From NCBI RefSeq assembly GCF_000142905.1, contig NW_013657602.1, forward strand, positions 1 to 49,652: DNA of 49,652 bases, in the 5' to 3' direction. The position numbers were made by a program, and so were the translations under genes. Within the stretch, counting starts at the first letter, position 1; every line of letters starts with the position of its first letter. This document shows positions 1-11,856 of the stretch, piece by piece. Source of the stretch: Thecamonas trahens ATCC 50062. Its lineage: Eukaryota; Protista; Apusomonadida. The notes beneath the pieces are model-generated. The model made no database searches and was not told the origin of the DNA. It saw only the letters and a program-made list of their open reading frames with translations.

Positions 1-74
1 TACCTACCTACCTACCTACCTACCTACCTACCTACCTACCTACCTACCTACCTACCTACCTACCTACCTACCTA
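1..74. repeat. Terminal (TACC)n / (TAGG)n tetranucleotide array distal to the telomeric hexamer
   Basis: About 18 perfect TACC units from base 1, merging directly into CCCTAA units at about 75. Confidence 0.9.
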
Positions 75-144
75 CCTAACCCTAACCCTAACCCTAACCC
101 TAACCCTAACCCTAACCCTAACCCTAACCCTAACCCTAACCCTA
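75..144. repeat. Telomeric repeat (CCCTAA)n = TTAGGG-type telomere, left chromosome end
   Basis: 10 perfect CCCTAA units (80-139) plus partial units, C-strand on + at the window start. Confidence 0.93.
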
Positions 145-181
145 GTTGATGCCTCGTCAACCCTAGCTGATGCCTCATCAA
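140..181. repeat. Subtelomeric 21-bp tandem duplication with internal hairpin
   Basis: CCCTAGTTGATGCCTCGTCAA (140-160) and CCCTAGCTGATGCCTCATCAA (161-181); each contains TGATG-CCT-CRTCA. Confidence 0.8.
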
Positions 182-2318
182 CCCTGCGTCACACCCCATC
201 GTAGTTCTGTGAAACCACTCCACTTGCCACTCACTGCCCCCTTGCCACCCCTACCCATCCCATGCATGACCCATATCCACATTCCCACCCACCCCACCAT
301 ATTCATCCTCCACCCTACCGTGTGAATGGCTGTTCATGGGCGTCGATTGAGTCTTTGATGCTGATCGACAATCTCCATCCCCCATTGACACTTGCCCGTG
401 TCACTCGTTCGGGTTCGCATGTGCGGGTTGTTGTTTGACATGAATGTCATTCAACATTTTCATGATTCGCCACTCGTCACTCGCTCGATTGTTTGACATC
501 GAATTGATTGTTTTGATCATTGTCAATTGATGATTCGTTTCTTTCCGTTTCTTTTCTTGTTGGCTGACCATGATCTTCGTTGTTTGCCGTTCATGTTTCC
601 ACATGCTTTGTTGTTGCTATTGTCTGCCTTCATGCTCTGCTTTGGTTACTTTTGCCTTTGATGGTTGACTACAACCGACATGCATTCTCATTGATCATTC
701 CTTTCGCTCTTGTTGTTGCTTTGTATCATTCCCTGTCATGCTTCAATTGTTCTTGACTCTCCTGTTCTCTTCGACCTTGACTTCAATATCCACCATCGGG
801 CCTTGCTCTCTACACTATCGATTCTCATCTTTGTTGTCGTTTGTCATGGTCAATAGTTGTGCATGCAATGTATTTCGTGTTGACCCTGTTGTGTCGTGGT
901 TATGGTTGATCTGCAGATCTGATCGATCAACCGTGCCCTGCCTCATCGACCTCAACGTCACCCGAATTCGTCCTATTGCCTGCTAGCTTTGTCCAGTCCC
1001 TGTTGGCTTACTTTTACGTGTGCTGTGCAAGCCATGTATGATCTTTGGTTGTTGTTGTGGACGTCATTGCCTCGTTTGATGCCCGTTCCGGCTTTTCTTC
1101 AATTAATTCAACGTTCAACTCAATTAACGTCCGCCGCCTTCCCTCTGCCGGCCAAGTACCCGCCGCCCCTATCGCCCACACCCCACACACACCCATCAGC
1201 CGTATCATACTCACCGTCATCAATGCTCAAGCCCAGTCGCCATACCCACCACCCCTTCGCCCGTCACGACCCCACGTCACGACCCCCCTCATCGCCCCCT
1301 ACCATACTCATCACCATCCGTCACCACCAACCACCACCCCCACCCCCCTACTCCACCACCATCACTATCATTGCAGCGACAACCACCACCCTCATTCCGT
1401 GGCCATCGCCACCACCATCCCATCGCGCACTCGGCTTCCTCTTCCTCCTCATCCTCCTCGTCTTCCCGCTCTACGTCACCTCCATCCTCATCGCCGACCC
1501 CGACACCCACACTCCTCAACCATCACAAGTCATACTGCCCAATCTCCAACCAACAGTATTCTCAAGCCACCCAGTTCCGACCCAGCGCACTCTGCTGCCC
1601 CTGCCTCGCCGACCACCAGCCGCCCAGCCGTCGCCCGCTCGCCCGATGAGCCCACCTTCATCACCACCCAGCTCCCACCGACCACTAGCTACGCTACCCA
1701 CGACCTCACCCAATGTCATCACACACCTCACACTATCACCAGTACCAATATCGCTGTCACCTATACCCATTGACCTCGGCTCACTTGCGCAGCCACTTGT
1801 TTGCCCTAGGTGGTTGAGCACGCCCTCGACCGTCCGACCCCGCACACGCCCCCCACCACACTCATTGCAAGATATGGCCAATCTGATTTCACTAATACTC
1901 TACTACATATCCACACTACCCCCTTGCACAGTCTACAATCCACAGCTGCAGTATTCCGGAATCCGAGTTCTGCCACCCGAGGCCCAAGTTGTTGGCCCTG
2001 TGTCCCTTTCAAGGTGCTGACCCCCCTGCCGCGGGCCCATATCCGACCCCCACTCCCCACCATCTTCACCCACAACCACCACACCCACACCACACCTGCC
2101 TACGATCACTACAACCTAATCCATCCAATCCCTGCCCGCGTGGACGAACCTCAGCCGACACCAGCCCGTCAACAGCAGCGCTGCCGGCCGCCATGGATGG
2201 GCTGCTACCTGCGACCGCCCCTGCCGCTTGCTACGTTTTGCAGCTGCATCCACCACACCACCTCAAATGCACGCGCTGAAAGCCGCGATGCCATGTGGAA
2301 GAGGTTGAAGACAAAGAT

Positions 2319-3052
2319 TTATCCAAGGAGGTCCTTAAAGTATGCCTTGGCCCGTGCAAACTCCTTCTGGAGCTGGTCAAAGTTGGTGGCCACGCCGCCG
2401 GCGTCGCCGGCCTTGGAGGCCGCCTCGGTCGCCCGTGCCGCCTTGAGCATCGCGTCTGCCCCGACGTTGCCGCACGACGATCCAATGTAATGTGCATGGG
2501 TATAGGTAGCCTCGTGATCGCCCGCAGACCTGCCCTCACGCCACCGGCCTCCAACATCACGTCAGTCTATACACATCATAATCGCCCTCCCCATCCCTCC
2601 TCCCCTCATAACGTACACGGATGCTGACAGCTCAGGCATGCGCTCCTCGACCGTCTCGATAAACAGATCCGCGCACTCTTTCACAAACTCGACATCGTCC
2701 TCGGCAGCCATGTACAGCTGCCACACCAGCGTGAGTTGCTCTCTGTCCCGCACCCCAACCACCCCCCGCACGCGCTGCATGCACCCACCCACCACAACCC
2801 CACCACAAGCAATCATCCCCAACTCGAGGTCGCCCCTCACGCCATGCGCCTGGCTTGAGCACACCATCAACGATAACAGTCTCAGCAAAGTGACTCTGTT
2901 CTTCTCCTTCCCCCCTTCAGCTGCCCAGCTAGTCACGCCCCCCCCCCCCACCAGCCCAACCTGCCAGCAAACAACCAGTCCTCCCCACGTACCTGCGACA
3001 GCAGCTCGTGGGAGATAAAGTCGGGCACATCATCAGGTCCAGGACACGCCAT
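2319..3052 (-). CDS. Stand-alone histidine phosphotransfer (HPt) protein, Ypd1/AHP/RdeA-like, 123 aa, 3 exons
   Basis: Exons 3052-2993, 2717-2617, 2529-2319 joined by two GTACGT..CAG introns give MACPGPDDVPDFISHELLSQLYMAAEDDVEFVKECADLFIETVEERMPELSASVSAGDHEATYTHAHYIGSSCGNVGADAMLKAARATEAASKAGDAGGVATNFDQLQKEFARAKAYFKDLLG; HPt pattern DD-F---L F ... AHxxxSSxxxxG. Confidence 0.85.
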
Positions 3053-3695
3053 GCTTGTTCCACACACGAGGTCGGCAGAGAGGTATTACCTGCCCTTTCC
3101 TCGACTCTCGACAGCCTGCCATTGCTGTTCGTTTGTTCGGCCGAACTACGGCCATTGTTCCGCTCTTGCCTCACCAGCCAATAGCCAATTCCGCACCATT
3201 GACTAGCCCCAAACGCCAACCATTGCTAGCTCGACTCGTCTCCTTCGGGCAATCGGATCCCAGGGCGTTTACACCACTGCGGACTACACAGTCGCACTCG
3301 ACATGACAAAAGCCACAAATTGAAGCCCAATGCGGTGCTCCTCGATCTCGTTGCTGCTCCTGCCTCACTGCCCTCACCATCGCCACCAGCATCATCGTCC
3401 CCACAGTCCGATCGATCGACCGGCTGAATCACCGACTGACCGACCACCTACCCCCCACCCCACCCCACCCCCACGCCCACCCCCACCCCCCACCCACCCC
3501 TTCCCCCCCCTCCCTTCCCACAACCAACCTCACCTCGCCACCACCACCTCCAACCCCACCTCTTTCCGCAACTCCTCACAACCCACCTACCCCACCCCCT
3601 CCTCCAGGCCGCCGCACTGTAGCGTCGCCTCCCCTCGCCCCCCCCCCCCCCCCCCTTCCACACACACACACGCATACATACATACACATACATAT

Positions 3696-5468
3696 ATGTC
3701 AACCGGGCTCACTCCACACCCGCCGCCACCACGGATCCGCACGCCTCCGTACCCTGTACCCCCCGTCCCGGCGAGGTTGTCGGACCCGCCGCCGCCGCCG
3801 CCGCCGGTAGCGGCAGCGTACCCGGCACCGCCGCTCCCGCCCGGCCCGCCGCCGGCAGCCCAGCAGCCTCCACTCCCACCCGGCCCGCCGCCGCCGACGT
3901 CGTCATCGGCAGCGCCAGCCTCGGCTGGTGGTAAGGCGTTGTCGGTACCCGCAAGCTCGCAGAGCCCCACCATGGTTGCTTCGACCAAACCGATCTTCAC
4001 TTCGAGCAAGAAAGCTGCGATGTGGGGCTCGCGCTCGGTCGACGTCTTCCAGAAGGAGCGCCACGTGGGCGAGGGCACCTTTGGCATGGTCTATCTTGCC
4101 ACCGACAAGGCTACCGGCGAGCGCGTTGCGCTCAAGAAGGTCCGCACCGAGTCTGAGCGCCAAGGCTTCCCCATCACCGCCATTCGCGAGATCAAGATCC
4201 TCAAGGGCCTCAATCATCCCAACGTGGTCTCGCTCAAAGAAGTCGTCATGTCCGACCTTGGCACCGTCTACCTTGTCTTTGAGTATGCGTCAAGTGATCT
4301 TGTTGGCATTCTGGACAACCCGGAGATCCCTGCGCTCACGCTGGCCCAGATCAAGACGTACCTCAAGCAGACGCTCGAGGGTCTGTACTACGTCCACGCG
4401 CAGAAGATCATGCATCGCGACATCAAGGCTGCCAACTTGCTTGTCCACGACGGTGTGCTCAAACTTGCTGACTTTGGCCTCGCCAAGCCCATCGACCGCA
4501 ACGCCGACGGCTTCACCAACCAGGTCGTCACTCTCTGGTACCGAGCCCCAGAGATTCTGCTCGGCGAGCGCATGTATGGTCTGCCCATCGACATTTGGTC
4601 CGTCGGATGCATCATGGTCGAGCTCCTCACTGGCCGCGCCTTCCTACCGGGCAAGGACGAGGCCCACCAGGTCGATCTCATCTGCCGCCAGCTCGGCACC
4701 CCGACCGAGGCCACCTGGCCCGGCTGCACCAGGCTCCCGCGCTTCGCAACCCTCGTCAAGAACAAGTACCCGCCCATGATTGCCCGCACCCTTAAGGATC
4801 TCCAGCCTGATGCCTACGACCTCGTCACGAAGCTCCTGTCTCTTGATCCCGCCAAGCGCCCAACCGCCCAGGAGGCGCTCGAGCACAAGTTCTTCTTCAA
4901 CAAGCCTCGCCCGCTCAAGCCGGAAAATATGCCCAAGTTTACCTCGCATGAGCTTGACGCCAAGGAAATCCGCAAGAAGATGCGCGCCGAGCAGGCTGTC
5001 GGCGCAAAGCGCGCTGCCGCCGCCGCCGCTGCTGGTGCAGACCACCCCTCGAAGCGCTCGCGCAACCTGTACAACCAGCCTGTCCACCGCCACCAGCACG
5101 GCGGACCACAGCGAGGTAACTCGGGCCCACGCCGCCACCACCACCCCTATCCGCACCAGCGCCGCGGCGACCGTGACCGCCGCGGTGGTGGTTCCTACGA
5201 TCGCGGTGATCGCAACCGTGACCGCGACCGCAACCGTGACCGCGGCCCGCCGCCGGGCCCACCGCGTGCTCGCGGCCCGCCGCCGGGCCCACCCGCCCCG
5301 CAGCAGCGCCATCACCACCCGGGCGCCGCCCGCCGTGGCGGCCCGCCGCAGCGCCACCGCCACCCGGGCTTCAACCGTCAGCGCCGCCCAAACCGCCCGC
5401 CGCCCAAGTCCGCTGCCAAGAACGGGTCGTCCGGCCGCGGTGGGGCCGGCCCCGCCGCCGGCAAGTAA
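3696..5468 (+). CDS. Transcriptional cyclin-dependent kinase, CDK9/CDK12/13/CDKC family, about 590 aa
   Basis: GEGTFG, VALKK, GFPITAIREIKIL, HRDIKAANLL, DFG, TNQVVTLWYRAPE, C-terminal SHE + basic extension; Pro-rich N-terminus and RD/RG-rich tail; ATG follows a CA-rich tract. Confidence 0.93.
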   Translation: MSTGLTPHPPPPRIRTPPYPVPPVPARLSDPPPPPPPVAAAYPAPPLPPGPPPAAQQPPLPPGPPPPTSSSAAPASAGGKALSVPASSQSPTMVASTKPIFTSSKKAAMWGSRSVDVFQKERHVGEGTFGMVYLATDKATGERVALKKVRTESERQGFPITAIREIKILKGLNHPNVVSLKEVVMSDLGTVYLVFEYASSDLVGILDNPEIPALTLAQIKTYLKQTLEGLYYVHAQKIMHRDIKAANLLVHDGVLKLADFGLAKPIDRNADGFTNQVVTLWYRAPEILLGERMYGLPIDIWSVGCIMVELLTGRAFLPGKDEAHQVDLICRQLGTPTEATWPGCTRLPRFATLVKNKYPPMIARTLKDLQPDAYDLVTKLLSLDPAKRPTAQEALEHKFFFNKPRPLKPENMPKFTSHELDAKEIRKKMRAEQAVGAKRAAAAAAAGADHPSKRSRNLYNQPVHRHQHGGPQRGNSGPRRHHHPYPHQRRGDRDRRGGGSYDRGDRNRDRDRNRDRGPPPGPPRARGPPPGPPAPQQRHHHPGAARRGGPPQRHRHPGFNRQRRPNRPPPKSAAKNGSSGRGGAGPAAGK

Positions 5469-5572
5469 CCGCCATGTAGCTCCCCGCATCGCTGGCCTTT
5501 CGCTTATGAACCCACCCTTACTCACATAAGCATCTTGCCTATCTTCATACGTGAGCTACCCTCCCCTCCCTC

Positions 5573-6199
5573 TCAGCGCCGCGCCCTGATCCGGGTCTGC
5601 ACCCAGGCCGGCGGTCCTGGCGGTGGTGGTGGCGGCGGGAGGTGCGCTGCCGGTGCGTTAGCGGTAATCTCACGAGTGCGAACAGAGCGCCGAACCGGCG
5701 CCACAGTGGCGACATCAATCGGGGTATACGTCGCCTGCGCGGTCGAAACATACGGCGACGACGCCTGTGCCCGTGCCGCTGCTGCTCTCCGCAGCCTGCT
5801 CGTCCGCTGCGCCACCACGCCGCTAAGCGGGAGCGCCTGGGTGTGGGGCGCGTTGAGGACGTCGGACACCGAGAGCTTCTCTCCTAGTGTCAGCATGTTG
5901 ATCGTCGCGGTCTCCATCTCCTGCGGCTGCGTTGGCAGCTCGCCTCCCGAGTGGCCAAAGAACAGATGCGGCGGGAGCGACTGATGCGCCCGGGTGGTGA
6001 CCACAGCCAACGACGGGTCTGCCTGGCCGCCTCTCGCAGCACTGTGGTCCGTGTACGAGGCCATAAACTCGCTCTCAGGCGGCACAGCAGCCTCCACTGC
6101 ACCAGTGCCCGAAGCAACCTGGCCCGCTCCACTTGCACTCTCCTTGCACCTGTTCTCATACCAATTCCCCACAAGCACCCCGTCCTTGTACGTCGCCAT
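5573..6199 (-). CDS. GNW-motif axonemal microtubule inner protein, CFAP107/C1orf158-like, 208 aa
   Basis: N-terminal YKDGVLVGNWYENR, internal LPPHLFFGH and STAQATY segments recall CFAP107-family MIPs; head-to-head with ZMYND10. Confidence 0.6.
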   Translation of the reverse strand: MATYKDGVLVGNWYENRCKESASGAGQVASGTGAVEAAVPPESEFMASYTDHSAARGGQADPSLAVVTTRAHQSLPPHLFFGHSGGELPTQPQEMETATINMLTLGEKLSVSDVLNAPHTQALPLSGVVAQRTSRLRRAAAARAQASSPYVSTAQATYTPIDVATVAPVRRSVRTREITANAPAAHLPPPPPPPGPPAWVQTRIRARR

Positions 6200-6338
6200 G
6201 CTTGCTGTCTGCCTAAACCCGCAAGCCAACCGTTGACAAGTGGCAGACCAATCGACCCAAAGCCAAAGCCAGTGCCAAAGCCAAAGCCAATCATTTCGCT
6301 CACTTGGCGCCACACCCAACCTCACCCTCACCCACCCT

Positions 6339-6358
6339 CACACACACACACACACACA

Positions 6359-6397
<39 letters not shown>
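6339..6397. repeat. Compound (CA)n(CT)n microsatellite just upstream of the ZMYND10 ATG
   Basis: Direct reading. Confidence 0.9.
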
Positions 6398-6402
<5 letters not shown>

Positions 6403-6413
6403 CCATACATCAC

Positions 6414-7883
6414 ATGACTGCCGTCTCTCCTCTCGATGCAGAGCGTTTGGTCTCGTCCCTCGGAATCCACTCTATCACCGCCGTGGGCTCGCCCGAGTAC
6501 GCGACCCTTCCCTCCTCCGTCCTCCCGCCCTCCCTCCTCCCCCCCCCCCCCTTACTTGCGGCTCACGCTACACTCGTAGATGGATGCGACAGCGCGAGAC
6601 GGTGGAACGCCTCAACATGCAGGCGCATCAGTCTGCGGCTGCCAACTCGGACGAGTTTGTGACAGAGGCCTTTATCACGCTGGAGCAGGTCTCCGTCCTC
6701 GTTCACGAGCTGGTGGTGGCCGAGGTCTGGGCCGACTCGGTCCTGCCCGAGGTCATTGCTGCTGCGCGCGAGATAGACGATACAACGAGTGCAGACGGCA
6801 ACACCTCAACGGTCAAGCCGTACTTGGTCGTCTTTCACCAGGCTACCCTCGCCAATCTCCTCGAGATCCTGCTGTTCTCACAGGCGGCCGCACTCTCGCT
6901 GACCGAGGAGGCACTCATCGAGCTCGCCGACTGGTGCATGCGCAAGCTGGCGTGGCTCAACTCGGCAGAGGCGAGCAACCACGGGCCAGAGGTCCCTGTC
7001 ACCTCAGCAGACGAGCTTCTTGCTGAGGATCCGTGGGCGACACTCGCCAAGCAGGCGGCCAAGGTCCAGTTTGACGTCGCCGTCATCTCGGTCACCCTCC
7101 TCCGCTACCTCTCGCAGTATGTGACTGACCTGCCTGTCGCCCTCTCATCGCGGCTGATGCGGGTCCATGATGCCCCGCTCTCGCTTGTGCCGCTCATCCA
7201 CTCCCCGCCCTGGGTCACGTCCGCGCCGGTCAAAACCAAGAAGGGTAAGACCAAGATCAAGCTCCACAAGTACATCGACGGCAGCTGGCGCCCGCTCTCG
7301 TCCGGCGATGTTGCGCTCCTTTCAAAGACCGAGATCCAGGTCTGGCTCACGCTGTACAACCTGCTCATGGAGCCGTCGCTGAGGTCGGCGTACGCGTTCA
7401 ACTCGTCCAAAAACTCGGTCCTCACTTCGCTCACCGGCGCCCTCACCCAGCCGGTTCTGGACCAGATCCCGATACTCGCCCCGTTTGCGCGCTTCCTCCA
7501 CGAGCTCACGCTCTCGACGCCGCCTGCCGCCACTGCTACGCCCCGTCGCTGTTTTGGAGACGGTAGCAGTCATGCGGAACCACGTGCTCTCCGAGCTTGG
7601 CGACCAGCCTGCACTGCTTGCGCAGGCCTTTGTCGACGCCATGATCGACGACTCGCCCGACACCATCGCCGCCTACATGTCTGGCCTGGCTGACACCTAC
7701 TCGCTCGACAATCTCGAGGACGTACTTGACCCGCCACGCTGCGTTGTCTGCGGCGACGACGCCGTCAACCGCTGCTCCCGCTGCAAGGCCGAGTGGTACT
7801 GCGGCCGCGAGTGCCAGGTCGCTGCCTGGAAGGACCACAAGCCGCTCTGCGACCTCATCGCCTCTGCCGTCACCCCGCAGTAG
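6414..7883 (+). CDS. ZMYND10: Axonemal dynein assembly factor ZMYND10, about 461 aa
   Basis: Exon 1 MTAVSPLDAERLV..GSPE, intron 6497-6579 (GTACGC..TAG), then WMRQRETVERLNMQA, HELVVAEVW, HQATLANLLE, KTEIQVWLTLYNLL, LDQIP; C-terminal MYND finger CVVC..RCSRCK..YCGRECQ..W..HK..C; one frameshift at C-run about 7540. Confidence 0.92.
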
Positions 7884-7889
7884 TTGCCT

Positions 7890-10800
7890 TCAATTGACGC
7901 TCACCTGCGGGCCATTGCTCTCGACGCGCTCGCCAGCACCCCCGCTGCCAGCGTCGACGTCGCGCGCAGACGACGCTGCAGGCGCAGGCTCGGACCGCGC
8001 CGTCATCGAGCCATGTGAGCCGCCGTCGTCGGAAGGCCGGCTGAGAGCCGACGCGTGGTTCACGCTTCCGCGCGGCGATGCCCGCCCGGGACTACGCTCC
8101 GGACTAAAGTTGAAGAACCCGCTGTGGGCGTCAGCAGACGCGCCGGTCGTTGTCACCGGGCGCGGGTTGCGGAGCTCGTTGGTCACCGCCGGCTCGTATG
8201 GCGAGCCGACAGCAGCGAGCGCAAGCCGCGGAATGCGCTCGTCGCGCTGCCGGTCGGCCTTACGAGCGAGCTTGCGGTGCTTCCGCCGCATATCGCGGAG
8301 GTGGTCCTCCTCGTGCGAGTGATACGAGCCCGTGTACGAGCCTGACGAGATGGAGTCGACATCGTAGTGCGACGCCGGGCCAACTCGCGACACCCGCTCG
8401 CGCGAGCTCGACCGCTGCCGCGGCTTGGTCCGTGGCGCAGTGGCTCGTGACTGCGACTTGGACCGCGACCGCTGGCTTGGCGAGAGCGACGCCGTCGACA
8501 TGCCCGTCGCCGGCCCGCGCCGCCGAATCGGCGACGCCAGCCGTCCGTCGTGCACGTGCGAGGTCGAGACCGATGTTGCGAGCGCGCTCGGCGTCTCGGC
8601 GTAGCGGATGCTCTGAGGGACATGGCTTTGTGATGCAGCATGCGCCAACGACGAGCGACGGCCGCTGCCAGCCCCGCCTACGCTCTGCGTCATGCCGTAC
8701 GGAGATCGGGCTTCTGACGGAATTGTCCGCCCGGTTGCGCGCATAAACTCATGATACGGCCGGTACATAACCGGCGAGCCCGCGCTGCCGGTACCTGCAC
8801 CCGCGCCCGCGCCTGCGCCCGCGCCCGCGCCTGCGCCGCCTGGAATCACAACCGGTGGTGGAGGTGTCTTCCGCCGCTTGGCCTCCTGGATCGAGCCCGG
8901 CGTCGAGCCGGCCAGCAGCGGCGTCGACTCTGAGTGCGGGAGCGGACCAGTGAATTTCGACCGCGGCGTGTGGTGCGCCGAGTGGATGGGCGAGACAGGG
9001 ACCGACTGGCTGCCGACGGCGTCGGCCGACGCAGGATCGGGCAGGGCAAGGAGGTCGTCGCCGCGGCTGTTGTTGTTTCGCGACCGCATGCGCTTGACCG
9101 CTTGCTTGGAGCGGCGGATGAGCGAGGTGATAGTGAGTGACTTGAACGCGCGCATGACTGGCTCGGTCGTGCCTGGGTGGAACGGGAGCGGGATGTCGTG
9201 GACTGCGCGAAAGTTGCCGCAGTTGCTCACATGCTCGTTCTCAAGCCGGAAGATGATCCACTGCGTCCGCCGCAGGATCTCGATAAAGGCAAGGAGGAAG
9301 ACAAAGAGGTTCGGGTTGAACGCCGTTGTGATGGGCACCGTCACAATGGTGAGCATCCACACAAACCGGCCGATGAGGTTGGTGAAAATGGCAAAGTAGA
9401 GCCAACTCGGCGAGATGTGGAAGGCCGTCCGCAGCTTGAGCCGCCCGCCGGAGAACTGGACCAGGCCCCAATCCATAACCACGTCCCACAGGTACTTGTA
9501 CGTGGCGGCAAGGGCGAGAAGGACAACCCAGAGCACTTTTTGTGTCGACCAGTCGCCGAGCGCCGAGTGGTAGCGCTGGAAGAGGCCGCCATAGGTGACC
9601 GCGGTGAAGCCGACCGCATACTTGAGCGCGTTGAAGAGATGCTCGATCTGCCGCTGATCGTTGAACCGCCGGAGGCACTGCATCATCCGCCAGAACATGG
9701 GCAGGCCGGTGAGGACCGGGAGCGCGTACAGCTTGTTGTTCTTCTGGCATGTGTCGTACACGTTCGACTCCCACGAGCCGGTCACGTAGAAGCACACCGT
9801 GTACTCGAGGTCGTAGAGGACCTTGACCAGCGACGTGAGGATATCGCCGATGAGAAAGTCGGAGAATCGGATCTCGCCAAACGGCGCAACGCTGACGTGA
9901 AGCAGCCGCCAGAACATCCACTTGCGCGTGTGGCGGTAGAGAATGTCAAACGGACAAAGACGGCCCGAGAAGAAGGACCAGCATGAGCATCGGGTACCAG
10001 TGCGGCGAGAGGAACGAGATCGGGTTGAACCCGGACCGGATCGAGGTGAGGAACATGGTGAAGAACGAGAGCCACACTACCGAGAGCATAGAGGCGAACC
10101 GAAGGAGCTCAGAGAGCGTCATGGTGTGCCGCGGCGAGAGCTCCATGATGAACGCGTAGTTGACTCGCTTTTCTCAAAGACCCACACCACAAAGGCCCAG
10201 CACCAGACTGTGAGGATGAGAAGCGACGTGCATCGGAAGATGGGCAGCGATGCAAAGAATGCGTCCTGATTCCAGTGCGCTTGCGACTGGTTCACCGTCA
10301 CAATGAGAATGAGCTGCCAGACGAGCGGAATGCACATGCCCATAAAGAGGCCGAGCGAGTAGACATCGCGGAACGACTTGCGCGGCGCCTGCCGGCGGGC
10401 TGTCAGGTGCCGCCGCGCCCGTTCGAGGTTGTTCTCGGTAAAGAGCGCGCCGTAGATGTGGACAATGTCCTCGGCAATGACCTGGAGGTGCGCCGCCCGC
10501 GCGTGGAACGCCATCTGCTCCACCGTGTCCATGTACTTGTGCCACACGGCGATGCCGGTGAACCGGTCGTGCTTTCGGGTCAGTTTGTAGATACCGGTGT
10601 AGTTGAGCGTGGCGTAGTTGTACAGCAGGAGGAAGCCGCGGTACACCTCAATGTACGCCAGCTTGAGGGAATGGACGTCGTTGACGTCCGTCGGCGTCTC
10701 GTCAGACATGACAATTTCCGACACAAGCGTGATCTCCTTGAGCCGCTCGATGTACTTGCGCTCACGAGCCACAAAAAGGCGTTGATCATCTCGACGTCGT

Positions 10801-11546
10801 CCTTGAGCATGCTGAAAAAGGCCTTGTGCTCCTTACGGATGGCCTCGGCCATCGAGAACCGCTCGGACGCGTCGACCCGCGCGTCCGACAAGTACTGTCG
10901 GTACGACGCCAGGAGTGCCGCCTGTGCGCTCTCAGTCCGCCCTGTCCCGGCCGGCGTACCCGTGCTTGCGCCAGAGTCTTCCGGTGGAATGAACGAGACC
11001 CGGCGCTCCGGAGGCTCGCCGCTCTCGCTCTCTTCGGCTCCGCTCGCCAGCCGCAGCCGCGCCGCGGCAAGCTCGGCCGACGGCAGCGACTCGGGCGGAA
11101 AGGCATCCCGCGGGCTCTTCTCGCCGGTGCTCTCAAGATCAGAGAGGATCTGGAAGTCTGTCGGCGGTGGCCGATAGAGCGACGATCCAGGCCGCTGCTC
11201 GTCATCCCCGCCCTCCCACAACCCGTTGTCGATCTCTGGCAGCTCGGGCGGATCAAAGGTGACCGAGAGCAAGTGGCCGGCTGCGTCCATGTCGTTCAGT
11301 GACTTTTTGATGAGCTTGAGCTGATTCTTCAGCTCATCGTACTGCACATACTTGCTCTTCCACTGCCGACCCCGACCCGTTCCCCATCAGCGGCAGCCCG
11401 TCCGCCACACGCCACCACCACCGATCGAACTATCGTGAGTGTCATCCCAACTTCCTCCTCTTCCTCCACATCATCATCCCCACCTCGACCACACTGCCTA
11501 CCTCTTCGATGGTGTTGGCCTTGAGATGAAGGCCAAACTTGACCAT
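7890..11546 (-). CDS. XPR1: SPX-EXS phosphate exporter (XPR1/PHO1/Syg1 family), about 1170 aa
   Basis: Exon 1 MVKFGLHLKANTIEE, intron 11501-11363, WKSKYVQYDELK (SPX start), LNYTGIYKLTRKHDR; EXS motifs FSDFLIGDILTSL, QCLRRF, NALKY, WDVVMDWGL, EILRRTQWIIFRLENEH; long S/R-rich tail; 3 frameshifts at homopolymers (about 10775, 10170, 9960). Confidence 0.92.
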
Positions 11547-11856
11547 GGCCTAAACCACGAGGACAACGACGAGCACCAGGAGGAGGACCAGCAGCAACAG
11601 AAGCGACAGCAACACACACCACAAGGACAAGCGCCAACCACCCACGGCCTTGGATAGACGGGGGGGGATGGGATGCACTGCCACGTGGAGTGTGGCGTCG
11701 TGGTCGTGATGAGGAACGGCGAAGGGGGAGGGGGAGGGGGGGGACAGAGACTTGGTGGAGTCGGTCTGCCGTCGGATGTGGTGACTCGTCACCGGTGGTG
11801 GGGCGGCCGGCGGCCGGCGGGGCGGAGGGTGAGAGGGGGGGCCAGCTATTGCGATC

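Noticed and set aside
989-2300. Long Pro/Thr/His-rich ORFs in the subtelomere
   Set aside because: Products of C-rich strand-skewed low-complexity DNA, no domain, non-ATG starts
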